From positions 1-64,000 of IMG/VR virus record IMGVR_UViG_3300001528_000580: a stretch of DNA of 64,000 bases; one strand, given 5' to 3'. Below are positions 40,762 to 50,382 of this stretch, piece after piece. The notes under the pieces were generated by a model that had not been told where the DNA came from, did not search any database, and saw only the letters and a program-made list of their open reading frames with translations. Within the stretch, counting starts at the first letter, position 1, and every line of letters begins with the position of its first letter. Made by a program: the position numbers and the translations under genes. This stretch comes from a virus (Duplodnaviria; Caudoviricetes).

Positions 40762-41615
40762 ATGTCATTAGAAAGAAAATTAATTAAAATTGCAAAAATT
40801 ATAGTCGCAGATGCAGGAACAGATTTTAAAATAAGAAAAATATTATTTGAAACTTGGCGTAATTTATCAAACGATAATCAATATTTAGATGGAGAATATA
40901 ATAAGTTTTATCATTTTCATCATTTAGACCACGAAAAGAAAGAATATAATTATCAAAGGAGAACAAATGAAAATTTAAATCTTCTTGTTGTATATTGTTT
41001 ACATGATGCAGTTGCTTCTGGTACAACAAATTATACAGAAGATTTTATAGATTCTGTATATAGGAATCATAAATCAGAATTAAAACAAGATATTGAAAAA
41101 TATAAAAAGGATGTAGAGGGTTTAAGCCGTAGTGAACAAAATAAAGAAATAGAAAAAACAATCATGTATATTAAAGATGAATGTGAAAAAATAGAAAGAG
41201 ATTTAGAAAATGTTGCTGTTGTTCCAGAACCAGTTCATATGTTTTTAACATCAGATGAAAAAATAAAAAAGAAAAATTATTCTCTTGATGACATAAAAGA
41301 ATTGATAAAATTATTGGATAATGGAACAAGTGATAATGAAGAATTAAAAAAAGATGTTGATAACTTTTTGAAAAAGAGAATAGAAAATACAAAAAAGTTT
41401 ATGGATAAGGATAAAGATAAAAAAATAATAATGAAAATGTAAATAAAGATGAAGAATTTAATAGTGGTGATCCTAAAGAATATTGTGATAAAATTAAAAA
41501 TTTTATAGATTTAATTCCAAGAAATAATTATAAAGAAATAATTAAAAAATTAGATGAAGTATTAGATGTTGAAATAGAATTAGTAAAAAGTAAATACGGA
41601 ATTCAACTTGATTAA
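40762..41615 (+). CDS. hypothetical protein with split HNH-like motif; apparent -1 frameshift at A7 (41419-41425)
   Basis: HHLDH...ENVAVVPEPVH; the -1 frame continues about 63 codons to TAA at 41613-41615. Confidence 0.55.
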
Positions 41616-41638
41616 AAGTAAATATGGAATTTAACTTG
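41586..41638 (+). repeat. 25-nt tandem direct repeat (2 mismatches)
   Basis: AAAAGTAAATAYGGAATTYAACTTG at 41586 and 41614. Confidence 0.8.
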
Positions 41639-41663
41639 CTTTTTCACTAAGTTATGCTATATT
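41636..41663 (+). promoter_or_regulatory. promoter TTGCTT-N16-TATATT
   Basis: consensus match. Confidence 0.7.
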
Positions 41664-41703
41664 ATATATAAAATATTAAAATAACTTTTTCTAAGGAGAA
41701 AAT

Positions 41704-42399
41704 ATGACAAAAGAAGAACTACAAAATTCAGCAGATGAATGTATATCATGTGCTGATTGGGATGTTTCTGAACGTATCAAATCTAAACTTCTAAATACAA
41801 TGTCAAGAGAACGTTTAATTGATTATATGTTAAAAAATAATTATAATGTGCTTATGTGTCATCCTAAACATTTTAACTTAATTGAAAATTTAATTAAAAG
41901 AAACGAAAAAAGAGGATTTGTTACATTAGGTTTAATTACTTTATTTTATTTTGAACATAATATTTATGTATTGACAGCAAACCAAATATCAGAAGATAAT
42001 ATTTATTTTACAGAAAATTTTGTAAATGAAACTAAGGATAATTTTGTAAATAGTTATGTTGGTTGTAATTCTGGTGATTTAGAAGAGGATGATTTTATGC
42101 CTAGAGCATATACTAAAGAAGAAATGACAGATAGATTTATAAATCATTTAAAATCAATGATTGAATTTCAATTTTATAGTAAAAATAAAACAGAAAAAGA
42201 AAAACTTGAAGGAATTGTTTATTCTTTTTGTACACTTCTCGATGGTGTATCAAGCGGATTTCCATGTGTTGATTTAGTAATGCGTTCACATTCAAGTGAT
42301 AAAAATTATCATATTGAAAATGGAGAAAATTGGATTGAAGATGGTATGATTATTAATGATGATGTATATTTACATGATATAATTAAATTTAGAAAATGA
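41704..42399 (+). CDS. hypothetical two-domain protein
   Basis: AAGGAG RBS. Confidence 0.65.
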   Translation: MTKEELQNSADECISCADWDVSERIKSKLLNTMSRERLIDYMLKNNYNVLMCHPKHFNLIENLIKRNEKRGFVTLGLITLFYFEHNIYVLTANQISEDNIYFTENFVNETKDNFVNSYVGCNSGDLEEDDFMPRAYTKEEMTDRFINHLKSMIEFQFYSKNKTEKEKLEGIVYSFCTLLDGVSSGFPCVDLVMRSHSSDKNYHIENGENWIEDGMIINDDVYLHDIIKFRK

Positions 42400-42647
42400 A
42401 AAATTTTGATAAATATATACAAAGATATAAATTAGATAAAAATAAGTTAATTTATTTTATGCAAAGGGATAATTCTTTTTATGGTATGATTTGGGAACCA
42501 TTAGATTTAACTCTTTATGATAATATTTTTTGTAATATGTTCAAAAATAAAAAAGGATTTAATGGTGTATATTGCAAAATCGACAATAATGTAATAGAAG
42601 TGAATATTTGTTTTGATACAGAAGAACAAGCAAAAAATGCAATATAA
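42396..42647 (+). CDS. hypothetical protein
   Basis: ATGA overlap. Confidence 0.55.
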   Translation: MKNFDKYIQRYKLDKNKLIYFMQRDNSFYGMIWEPLDLTLYDNIFCNMFKNKKGFNGVYCKIDNNVIEVNICFDTEEQAKNAI

Positions 42648-42662
42648 TGGAGTAAAATAAAA

Positions 42663-43121
42663 ATGTATGATGATTTTGAAGAAGATATAAAAATAAAATG
42701 TGATAAATGTGGTGAAGAATTTATCAATAATGAAAGAAATGTTTTATTTCATAATTCAAAACATGTATTTGAAGATACAGTTACACCCAAATATCAAGTT
42801 GGTGATGTTTTAAAATATTATGACGGTTTATGTCAAATAACTAGTAGGTTTATTGGATTAAAGTTCTATGATAAAGAACCCAATGTTAATAATATGAAAT
42901 ACATATATAGTACTGATAAAGAAGATTATGTAGATGGTAGTGCTATATATGTTTCTGATTTAAATAAATTATACAAATCAGCAGTTCAATTAGAAAAAGA
43001 AAAAGAATCATTACTTAATGAAATTAAAAAATATAATTTAGATAACAAATTTGAATGTCAAATATTAATGGATAAAGAAGGTTATTCATATTATATTAAA
43101 TTAAAAGAAATAAAGAAATGA
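42663..43121 (+). CDS. hypothetical protein
   Basis: GGAG RBS. Confidence 0.6.
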   Translation: MYDDFEEDIKIKCDKCGEEFINNERNVLFHNSKHVFEDTVTPKYQVGDVLKYYDGLCQITSRFIGLKFYDKEPNVNNMKYIYSTDKEDYVDGSAIYVSDLNKLYKSAVQLEKEKESLLNEIKKYNLDNKFECQILMDKEGYSYYIKLKEIKK

Positions 43122-43825
43122 ATATTTATATTAATAGACAATTGTGTAAAAATATATCTAATTTTCAGAATAAGTTAAATATAAGGTTTTATTATAACTT
43201 ATATCAAACGAGAAAAGAAAAAGATGCATTTTATTTTGGAACAATTGAAGATATAAAACATTTAGAATCTATTAATAGAGGAATGTTTAGTAATAAAAAT
43301 GATAATATTATAGATTATTTACCATTCATACAAAGAGATTATCTTAATTTTGATGGAGCATTTTACAGAGTGGATCAGCTATCAAAAATACCAAATGGTG
43401 ATTGGTTCTGTAGAAGTAATAGTGGTGATAAAATATTAAGAGGTCAAAGATTAACAAATGAATTGATTGATTATGTTCAAAAAACACTTAAACCAGATGA
43501 TGTATTATATGTAAGTACATATAAAGAAATAGATGGAGAAATGCGTTTTTGGTGTATTGAAAATAATATTATAGAATATTCTTCATATTGTTCAATGGAT
43601 AAAGATGGTAAATATTTTTGGGGAGATATTGATTTATTTTCAGCAATAGATTATGTTCATAAAGTCAATCAATATTGGATGCCATGTAATTTATTTGTCA
43701 TAGATATATGTAAATATAAGGGAGAATATAAAGTTGTAGAATATAATGGTTTTTCTACATCTGGATTTTATAATGCAAATTTAAATAAAATTTGTGAAAA
43801 ATTAGAACAATATTTGTGGAAATAA
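43118..43825 (+). CDS. ATP-grasp domain protein (DUF4343-like)
   Basis: WFCRS..GDK, EMRFW, FVIDIC, KVVEYNGFSTSGFY. Confidence 0.8.
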   Translation: MNIYINRQLCKNISNFQNKLNIRFYYNLYQTRKEKDAFYFGTIEDIKHLESINRGMFSNKNDNIIDYLPFIQRDYLNFDGAFYRVDQLSKIPNGDWFCRSNSGDKILRGQRLTNELIDYVQKTLKPDDVLYVSTYKEIDGEMRFWCIENNIIEYSSYCSMDKDGKYFWGDIDLFSAIDYVHKVNQYWMPCNLFVIDICKYKGEYKVVEYNGFSTSGFYNANLNKICEKLEQYLWK

Positions 43826-44116
43826 ATGAATAAAGATATATTAAAACGTTCTATTGATTTAATGAAAGAATCGGTTTGTTTGTTGGTCAATGGTATGCCA
43901 TGCTTCTATAACGATAAACAAACATTCGATGATATTTCAGATGATATTCCTGTATATATAATTATTGATGATTATTTAAATGATGATTGTGCATTTGCAA
44001 TCAAAGTATGTGATATAATAGAAATAGAAATTTTATATACAGCAATAAAAATACAAACAATAAAAACGAGTTATATTATAAATATTTTAAATATAAAAAC
44101 ATTAAATGAGGAATAA
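43826..44116 (+). CDS. hypothetical protein
   Basis: abutting ORF. Confidence 0.55.
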   Translation: MNKDILKRSIDLMKESVCLLVNGMPCFYNDKQTFDDISDDIPVYIIIDDYLNDDCAFAIKVCDIIEIEILYTAIKIQTIKTSYIINILNIKTLNEE

Positions 44117-44123
44117 TTAAAAA

Positions 44124-44672
44124 ATGTTATTAGAAGAAATTTATGAAGGAAAAATTTTTGATTATATATCTGGTTTAAAAGAAAGTTTAAACAATATTTT
44201 AAAAGAACATTCTTTAGATGGTTTTGATTATGTTGATATTGATATAAATACTCAAGGGAAATCATTTGAAATAATTTGTCAATATTTTGATTTTCGTGTT
44301 AGATATGAAAACATAAAAAATGAATGTGTAAAATTGCACAACTGCTTTAATTGTTCAGTTAGTTTTCAAATGAAACCTTGTGATTTTAATAATATTAATG
44401 TATCTCAATTATTTGGTCGTGTAAGACATAATTATGGTATAGGATATGGTTGTTCCAATTCAAAAAAATTATTTAGTTTTAATATTGATAGTTTAGAGTT
44501 AAAAAAATTAATTGAATTATCAGCAAAACAAATAAATTCAGTTTTGTTAATATTAGAGGAACAGATAAATAAAAACAAGAAAAAATATTTATATAATATG
44601 AATAAATTAAAATCAGAATATGCGAATTTGACTTTTCAGAGTTTTGAAGTAATAGTAGAAGATAATATATAA
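44124..44672 (+). CDS. hypothetical protein
   Basis: GAGGA RBS. Confidence 0.6.
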   Translation: MLLEEIYEGKIFDYISGLKESLNNILKEHSLDGFDYVDIDINTQGKSFEIICQYFDFRVRYENIKNECVKLHNCFNCSVSFQMKPCDFNNINVSQLFGRVRHNYGIGYGCSNSKKLFSFNIDSLELKKLIELSAKQINSVLLILEEQINKNKKKYLYNMNKLKSEYANLTFQSFEVIVEDNI

Positions 44673-44698
44673 TAAATTAATTTAAAAAAGGAGAATAT

Positions 44699-45196
44699 AT
44701 CATAAAAATTTTAGCGAAAAATGATCTAACCAATGAACAGGTTAGAGCGATTGACGAAAATGGTGTTCAATTGGGCGTTATTTCAATGTATAAGGCGTTT
44801 GAGGTTGCTTTAAGTAGAAACTTGGACTTGGCATTGGTTTCAGAAAACATAAGCCCTAAAGTCGTTCGTATTGTAAATTATGGCAAAATAAAATATGAAC
44901 AGAAGAAGAATAAGAAAAATCAAAAAAGTAATGAAGTAAAAACAAAAGAAATTAAGTTTGGTTTAAATGTTGGAGACAATGATTATAAAATTAAACTTAA
45001 TAAGATTATCGAATTACTTGAAGATAATTGTAAAGTAAGAGTTTATTTAGTATTAAAAGGTAGAGAAATAATACATAAAGATTTGGCTTTTGAATTTATG
45101 AACAAAATAATCAATGATTTAAAAGAGCATGGAAAAACAGAAGATAAACTATCATTAGTTGGTAGAAATATAATAATAAATTTTACAAAGGTGTAA
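44699..45196 (+). CDS. infC: translation initiation factor IF-3 with non-AUG start
   Basis: QVRAIDENGVQLGVI, LDLALV, NYGKIKYE, KEIKF, KGREI. AAGGAG at 44688-44693 is followed by in-frame ATC/ATA. Confidence 0.9.
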   Translation: MIKILAKNDLTNEQVRAIDENGVQLGVISMYKAFEVALSRNLDLALVSENISPKVVRIVNYGKIKYEQKKNKKNQKSNEVKTKEIKFGLNVGDNDYKIKLNKIIELLEDNCKVRVYLVLKGREIIHKDLAFEFMNKIINDLKEHGKTEDKLSLVGRNIIINFTKV

Positions 45197-45200
45197 CATA

Positions 45201-45386
45201 ATGAATTTAAAAGAATGGAAGATAGGATTTAGAGCATTAGAATTTAATCCTGAAACAGCTATATTAATAAGTAAAGAAAAAATAGGTCATTTAACAAAAT
45301 CAATTTATAAGGATCATAATAATATTTTTGGTTATACCTTTATAAATGAGAAAGGATTAAAAAGAATATCGTTCATAAAGGAATAA
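45201..45386 (+). CDS. hypothetical protein
   Basis: AAGGTG RBS. Confidence 0.5.
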   Translation: MNLKEWKIGFRALEFNPETAILISKEKIGHLTKSIYKDHNNIFGYTFINEKGLKRISFIKE

Positions 45387-45390
45387 AAAT

Positions 45391-45588
45391 ATGAAAACAA
45401 AACTTTGTTATTGTGATGAATGTAAGAGAAAAACAATTCATTATGTAGAAAATGATGATAAAGCATTTACAACTTTAATAGGAATATGTACTGCCGGACT
45501 AGTAATTCCAAGAGATTTATGTTATACTTGTTCTATTTGTGGAAATGAGTTTTATAGAGAAAAAGATACTATTTGTGGAGTATTGTAA
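45391..45588 (+). CDS. small Zn-ribbon protein
   Basis: CDEC..H and CSICG. Confidence 0.6.
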   Translation: MKTKLCYCDECKRKTIHYVENDDKAFTTLIGICTAGLVIPRDLCYTCSICGNEFYREKDTICGVL

Positions 45589-46310
45589 TGGGTTATACAA
45601 CTTACTTTATTGAAAAATTAGATCTTGATAGAGAATTAGATGAAAATACATATAATTTTTTGGTAAAATTTAGTAAAACAAGAAGAATGAAACGCAATGT
45701 AGATTCTGTATATGGAGTTGAAGGAGAATTTTATGTATCAGGTGGTGGAAATTTCGGTCAAGATTTTGAAGATAATATAATAGATTACAATCAACCACCA
45801 GAAACACAACCAAGTTTATGGTGTCATTGGATTCCATCAGAAGATAGGAAACATATAGTTTGGGATGGCGGCGAAAAATTTTATTATTATATAGAATGGT
45901 TAAAATATATTGTTGATAACTTTTTAAAACCACAAAATTATATACTTAATGGTAATATTAAATATTGTGGAGAAGATATTACTGATCTTGGCGTTATTTT
46001 TGTTGTTGATAATAATATTTTAGTTAAAAAAATTGAAGTAGATAATATTTCATTTAAAGATGCAGAAAAATTATTAAATGATAATAGTGAATTTAAGTTA
46101 TATGTAGGATATAATTTAACAGAAAGTTGTGCAATTGAAAATAAAATAGATTGGAAGAAATTAGAACAATATATAAATATAGTTGATTTTAATTATTTTG
46201 TAATTAATCATTCAAATAAAAATAATGAGTGGAATATAAATGATGTTCCAATTGAATTAATATTAGCAGATAAAATAAAAATATATACATTGCCAAAAGA
46301 ATACTTGTAA
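45588..46310 (+). CDS. conserved phage hypothetical protein
   Basis: MGYTTYF, QPSLWCHW, WDGGEKFY motifs. Confidence 0.7.
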   Translation: MGYTTYFIEKLDLDRELDENTYNFLVKFSKTRRMKRNVDSVYGVEGEFYVSGGGNFGQDFEDNIIDYNQPPETQPSLWCHWIPSEDRKHIVWDGGEKFYYYIEWLKYIVDNFLKPQNYILNGNIKYCGEDITDLGVIFVVDNNILVKKIEVDNISFKDAEKLLNDNSEFKLYVGYNLTESCAIENKIDWKKLEQYINIVDFNYFVINHSNKNNEWNINDVPIELILADKIKIYTLPKEYL

Positions 46311-46332
46311 TTTTATTTTTTGATGGTATATT
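46305..46332 (+). promoter_or_regulatory. promoter TTGTAA-N16-TATATT
   Basis: consensus match. Confidence 0.6.
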
Positions 46333-46344
46333 ATATATAAAGAC

Positions 46345-46908
46345 GTGAAATTGATTACGTCTATAAACATAAAAGGAATTAAAAAGATGAAAAAAGAAGT
46401 TAAAACAGAAGAATGTATAGCACAATTTGAAGAAGACCCAATGTTTGATTATATACATAGATATTGTTCAGTTGACAATTATACTACTAATGAAGAAGAA
46501 GAAATGTATTATAGAATATTCGGTTTTTTTGACGATGAATTATATACACCAAAAGAAAAAGATTTTCTTGATTTATGCGTTGTTTATCATACAGATGATT
46601 CAAAAAATCCAAAATCTAAATGTACATTTAGATTTTGGAAAGCAGATTGTTATTTACAAATTAAAAATATTCTAAAAGAGAATAAAAGTATTGATTGGAT
46701 TATGAATCGTATCATGTTTTGTGTAGATAATTTTTGTAGAAAAATTGGATACGATGGATTAAAATGCTATATGTCATATAATGGTAAAAAACTAGAAGTA
46801 AAATTGGTGTTTAATTATTTAAATAAAGATAAGCATGAAATAGAATTATTTGTATTCACAGAAAGACCATATTCTGATGTTATGAGAATTGTTCCATTGA
46901 GTATATAA
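46345..46908 (+). CDS. hypothetical protein (true start probably the downstream ATG at 46387)
   Basis: AAGGA RBS before MKKEV. Confidence 0.6.
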   Translation: MKLITSINIKGIKKMKKEVKTEECIAQFEEDPMFDYIHRYCSVDNYTTNEEEEMYYRIFGFFDDELYTPKEKDFLDLCVVYHTDDSKNPKSKCTFRFWKADCYLQIKNILKENKSIDWIMNRIMFCVDNFCRKIGYDGLKCYMSYNGKKLEVKLVFNYLNKDKHEIELFVFTERPYSDVMRIVPLSI

Positions 46909-46915
46909 AATTATT

Positions 46916-46944
46916 AAAGGAGTATATATTATTATGCTCCTTTT
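46916..46944 (+). terminator. putative terminator hairpin
   Basis: AAAGGAGTATA/TATGCTCCTTT. Confidence 0.5.
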
Positions 46945-46961
46945 ATTATAAAGGTATAATA

Positions 46962-47576
46962 ATGAATAAAAAATATTTTAGTGCAGTAGGTAAAATTACT
47001 ACTCCACCAACTGTCAAAGATAGAATAGTTGAAGAATTAAAAAAATATGTTACATTTGGTTATATATTAAGATCAGGTGGGGCTAAAGGTGCAGATAGCA
47101 TATTTGCGCAAACATATATGGAAATGGGCGGTAAAGTTGAAATTTATTTGCCGTGGAATGGATATAATGGAAAATTTTTAGGACATGATTATATAAATCA
47201 GAATTGTTGTATTATGGTAACACCAGAAGCATTCAATATTGCATATGAGTTAGATGAAAAGTGGAATGAAAGAATAGAAGCGACTAAAGTTTTAGATGCA
47301 AGAAATGTTCATATATATTGTGGATTTAAAATTGGTAAAGAACCATTGTCAGATTTTGTAGTATATTTTGATGATCATCCAGAGAATAAAGATTCAGGAA
47401 CTCAAAGAGGATTAAAAGTTGCTGATAAATTTAAAATACCTAAAATAAATTTATATCATTATGATATTATTCAATGTCAACATTGTTTAAAGTTTATTGA
47501 TGAATCAAATCGTGATTATCTTAATTGTCCATATTGTTCAAATATATGTGGTGTAACAAAGGATGAGTTATTATGA
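46962..47576 (+). CDS. SLOG/DprA-like nucleotide-binding protein with C-terminal Zn finger
   Basis: LRSGGAKGAD, IYLPW, ARNV, SGT. Confidence 0.8.
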   Translation: MNKKYFSAVGKITTPPTVKDRIVEELKKYVTFGYILRSGGAKGADSIFAQTYMEMGGKVEIYLPWNGYNGKFLGHDYINQNCCIMVTPEAFNIAYELDEKWNERIEATKVLDARNVHIYCGFKIGKEPLSDFVVYFDDHPENKDSGTQRGLKVADKFKIPKINLYHYDIIQCQHCLKFIDESNRDYLNCPYCSNICGVTKDELL

Positions 47577-47788
47577 TATTTAATTGCCGTGTTTCTCCGT
47601 GTAAAAATTGTGGGATTGACATTGTTAATTCTGAATTATGTGATTTATGTAATAAAGGACATACAAAAGAAGAAGTATATCAAATAAGAATGGAAAAGGC
47701 AAAAAAGGCAAATGAAAAATTACTTAAAGTATTATTGAAAAGAAATAAAAATATAGATGGTAATATAAAATTTGATGAAAATAAATAA
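47573..47788 (+). CDS. small Cys-rich protein
   Basis: CKNC and CDLC; ATGA overlap. Confidence 0.55.
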   Translation: MIFNCRVSPCKNCGIDIVNSELCDLCNKGHTKEEVYQIRMEKAKKANEKLLKVLLKRNKNIDGNIKFDENK

Positions 47789-47803
47789 ACATAGGAAAAT
47801 AAA

Positions 47804-48334
47804 ATGAATACAACAGATGTTTTAAATAAAATTGTTTTTGAAGAAATAAGAGAAAAACTTGACAAATCAAGAATTGGAGTTAATATTATTCAATTAAAAG
47901 ATGGAGAATTACCAATTTTTAAAAAAGATCCAGAATCAACTAGTTATATTATTGGAGAAGATGGTGATAATATATTAACAGTTCAAAAATCTAAAAGACT
48001 ATTTGTACCATTAATGGAAATTGCAACAGAAGATTTAAAAATATCAGATTTTAGTTCTGTAAAAGAATTGATTGATTATGGTTTAAATGAAATTATAAAG
48101 CAAGAAAAACTTTGTTTTGATGCTTTAAGAGAATTTATAAAAAATGATATTGAAATTTTCATTTGTAAAAGAACTGATGTTTGCTGTGTTCCATTTAATT
48201 CAAATGATAAAAAATCAGATGAAAATATTGATAAGATTGTAATGTTTGAAATGGTAGCTATTGCTGCTGATGAAAAGAATAAATTGGTTTTTGATAATTC
48301 ACAAATTGAACTTATAAATAATCTACAATTATAA
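47804..48334 (+). CDS. truncated major-capsid-like protein (tentative)
   Basis: QLKDGELPIFKKDP...IIGEDGDNI...LFVPLMEIAT recalls the E-loop region of huge-phage HK97-fold capsids. Confidence 0.5.
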   Translation: MNTTDVLNKIVFEEIREKLDKSRIGVNIIQLKDGELPIFKKDPESTSYIIGEDGDNILTVQKSKRLFVPLMEIATEDLKISDFSSVKELIDYGLNEIIKQEKLCFDALREFIKNDIEIFICKRTDVCCVPFNSNDKKSDENIDKIVMFEMVAIAADEKNKLVFDNSQIELINNLQL

Positions 48335-48346
48335 AAAAATAAGAGG

Positions 48347-48694
48347 ATGAAAATGACAAATATTTTTGAGAATGGAACTAAGGTTTATACTGAATTAACA
48401 AGTGTTAGCAGTAAAAATGGATATAGTTTTTTTCAAGGTATAAAAAATATATATTCTCATTTCTTTGATGAAGATAAAAATTTATATTATATATTAACAA
48501 GTTATCCAATAAGTATATTTGAAACTTGGTCTAAAGATTTAAATATTCCAATAAAACAATTGGAATGCTTGTTGGATCTTACGATTGTACCAGAAAAACG
48601 TGTATTGAAAATTAATGAAGATATTATTGAGAATATGAAAAGAGATGATTTAGATTTGTTGCATAGGATATATATAGAAAAAATAAATGAATAA
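48347..48694 (+). CDS. hypothetical protein
   Basis: GAGG RBS. Confidence 0.55.
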   Translation: MKMTNIFENGTKVYTELTSVSSKNGYSFFQGIKNIYSHFFDEDKNLYYILTSYPISIFETWSKDLNIPIKQLECLLDLTIVPEKRVLKINEDIIENMKRDDLDLLHRIYIEKINE

Positions 48695-48809
48695 ATATTA
48701 TTTGTAATTTTTGTTTAAGAAAAGTTTTATTTAAAGATAATATTTGTTTTTATGTTAATATTAAAAAAGGAAAAATAGATTCATTGTTGAAAAATAAGGA
48801 AAAATAATT

Positions 48810-49457
48810 ATGGATAACGAAAAAATGGTTAGTGATTATATTGATAAAATTACTGGTGAAGAATATAAAATTTTAGATGACAGAAAATTAACAGAAGATG
48901 AAATGAAATATTTAATTTCAGTAAATAAATATGATGGATTTAAAAAATATAAAATATTTAAACCAGAAATAAATAAGTCATTTTTTGCAATTCAATTATA
49001 TGTAAGTGGTTCTAGTAAAGGTTTTGGTTGGAATTTTAGTTTAAATTTATTCAATCTTCCAAGAAGAATTACAATATTAGAAGATGATTGTAATAAAAAA
49101 TATAGACAAGAATTTGTTGAGTGGAATGATGATGTTAAGAATGATGACAAATTAACTGATGGAAAATATAGAATAGATGAACATTATGTTGCATATGGTT
49201 CTAAAATATGTCCAGATGAAAATGTAACATGTAATTGTGGTTGTTATAATAATAATCCTATATCTGTATTTCCGTGGAATGAGAAAAATAATAATTGGAT
49301 AATAGCTCCAACAATGCAAGAATTGAAATTAAAGTGTGAAATCTTTTTCAAACATTTTAATTTTGACATTATTCAAAGTAATGCTTATAAATATATAGCA
49401 GAAAGAAAAAATAAAATAGATTCTTTATTAGAAGAATATGGAGAATATTATGAATAA
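48810..49457 (+). CDS. hypothetical protein
   Basis: AAGGA RBS. Confidence 0.6.
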   Translation: MDNEKMVSDYIDKITGEEYKILDDRKLTEDEMKYLISVNKYDGFKKYKIFKPEINKSFFAIQLYVSGSSKGFGWNFSLNLFNLPRRITILEDDCNKKYRQEFVEWNDDVKNDDKLTDGKYRIDEHYVAYGSKICPDENVTCNCGCYNNNPISVFPWNEKNNNWIIAPTMQELKLKCEIFFKHFNFDIIQSNAYKYIAERKNKIDSLLEEYGEYYE

Positions 49458-49761
49458 TTTTTTAAGAGATTATTTAAATCAATTAATTTTTGATATTGAT
49501 GAAATAAATAATAAAATAGATAATATAATAGAAAATCAACCAATTAATAAAAATTGTGAATGTATATTTTTAATTAATCCTAAATATTATAATGAATCAT
49601 CGTCTATTGTTGAACATTTACATGATTTTATATGTGGAGATATTTATAAATTAAAAAATAGAGAAATGAAAGTAATATATTCTAAAGAAGTTCAAACATG
49701 GGGAATTGGATATATAAATAAAGCGTTTATACCAGAATATATTAATAAAAACTATTTTTGA
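49438..49761 (+). CDS. hypothetical protein
   Basis: GGAG RBS near 49440. Confidence 0.55.
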   Translation: MENIMNNFLRDYLNQLIFDIDEINNKIDNIIENQPINKNCECIFLINPKYYNESSSIVEHLHDFICGDIYKLKNREMKVIYSKEVQTWGIGYINKAFIPEYINKNYF

Positions 49762-49763
49762 TA

Positions 49764-49791
49764 TTGAATTTCATAATTATTATGCTATATT
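49764..49791 (+). promoter_or_regulatory. promoter TTGAAT-N16-TATATT
   Basis: consensus match. Confidence 0.7.
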
Positions 49792-49832
49792 ATATAAAAG
49801 AAAAAATTTCATAAGAATAAGGCATAATAATT

Positions 49833-50342
49833 ATGAATAAAATGTTTAAGGTAGAACTAACATCTGACGAATTAATGTTATTGGATGGAAAAGTAAGAGA
49901 AGAAATTCAAAAAATAATTGAACAATCTAAACTTGAAAAATCATTTGGTTTAGATGATTATTCTAATGAAATTTTGCGCAAGGGCGTAGAAAATGGGAAA
50001 ATAGAATGGAGCTATTGTAAAATATCATCGTGTATGTTTTGTGATAAAAAAGCAGGTTATCATACATTTAGAAGAACAACTAGATATCACAGAAAAGGAG
50101 AAGAAGATATAAAAAATCCATTTACATATAGTGGAGTTAAGCCTTTCTGTGGATTTTCCTTGTAAATGGAGTATCAGGAGTATGTAGTGGTTGTTGGAAT
50201 AGAAAATTTATCCATAAAATATATCAATATATTCTTGATAATGATTTAAAAATTGAATTAACTAAATGTGGTAATTTTGAAACTAAATATTTTAAAGATT
50301 GTTCAAAAATTTGTTATAATTGTAAACAGTTGATGTATGAAA
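49833..50342 (+). pseudogene. Cys-rich phage protein, frameshifted near 50155 and interrupted by the IS
   Basis: The -1 frame continues GVCSGCW...CYNCKQLMYE up to the IS right end. Confidence 0.6.
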
Positions 50343-50382
50343 TTGACATACTCTCCATGCTAAAGCATTGGAGATTCTAAGG

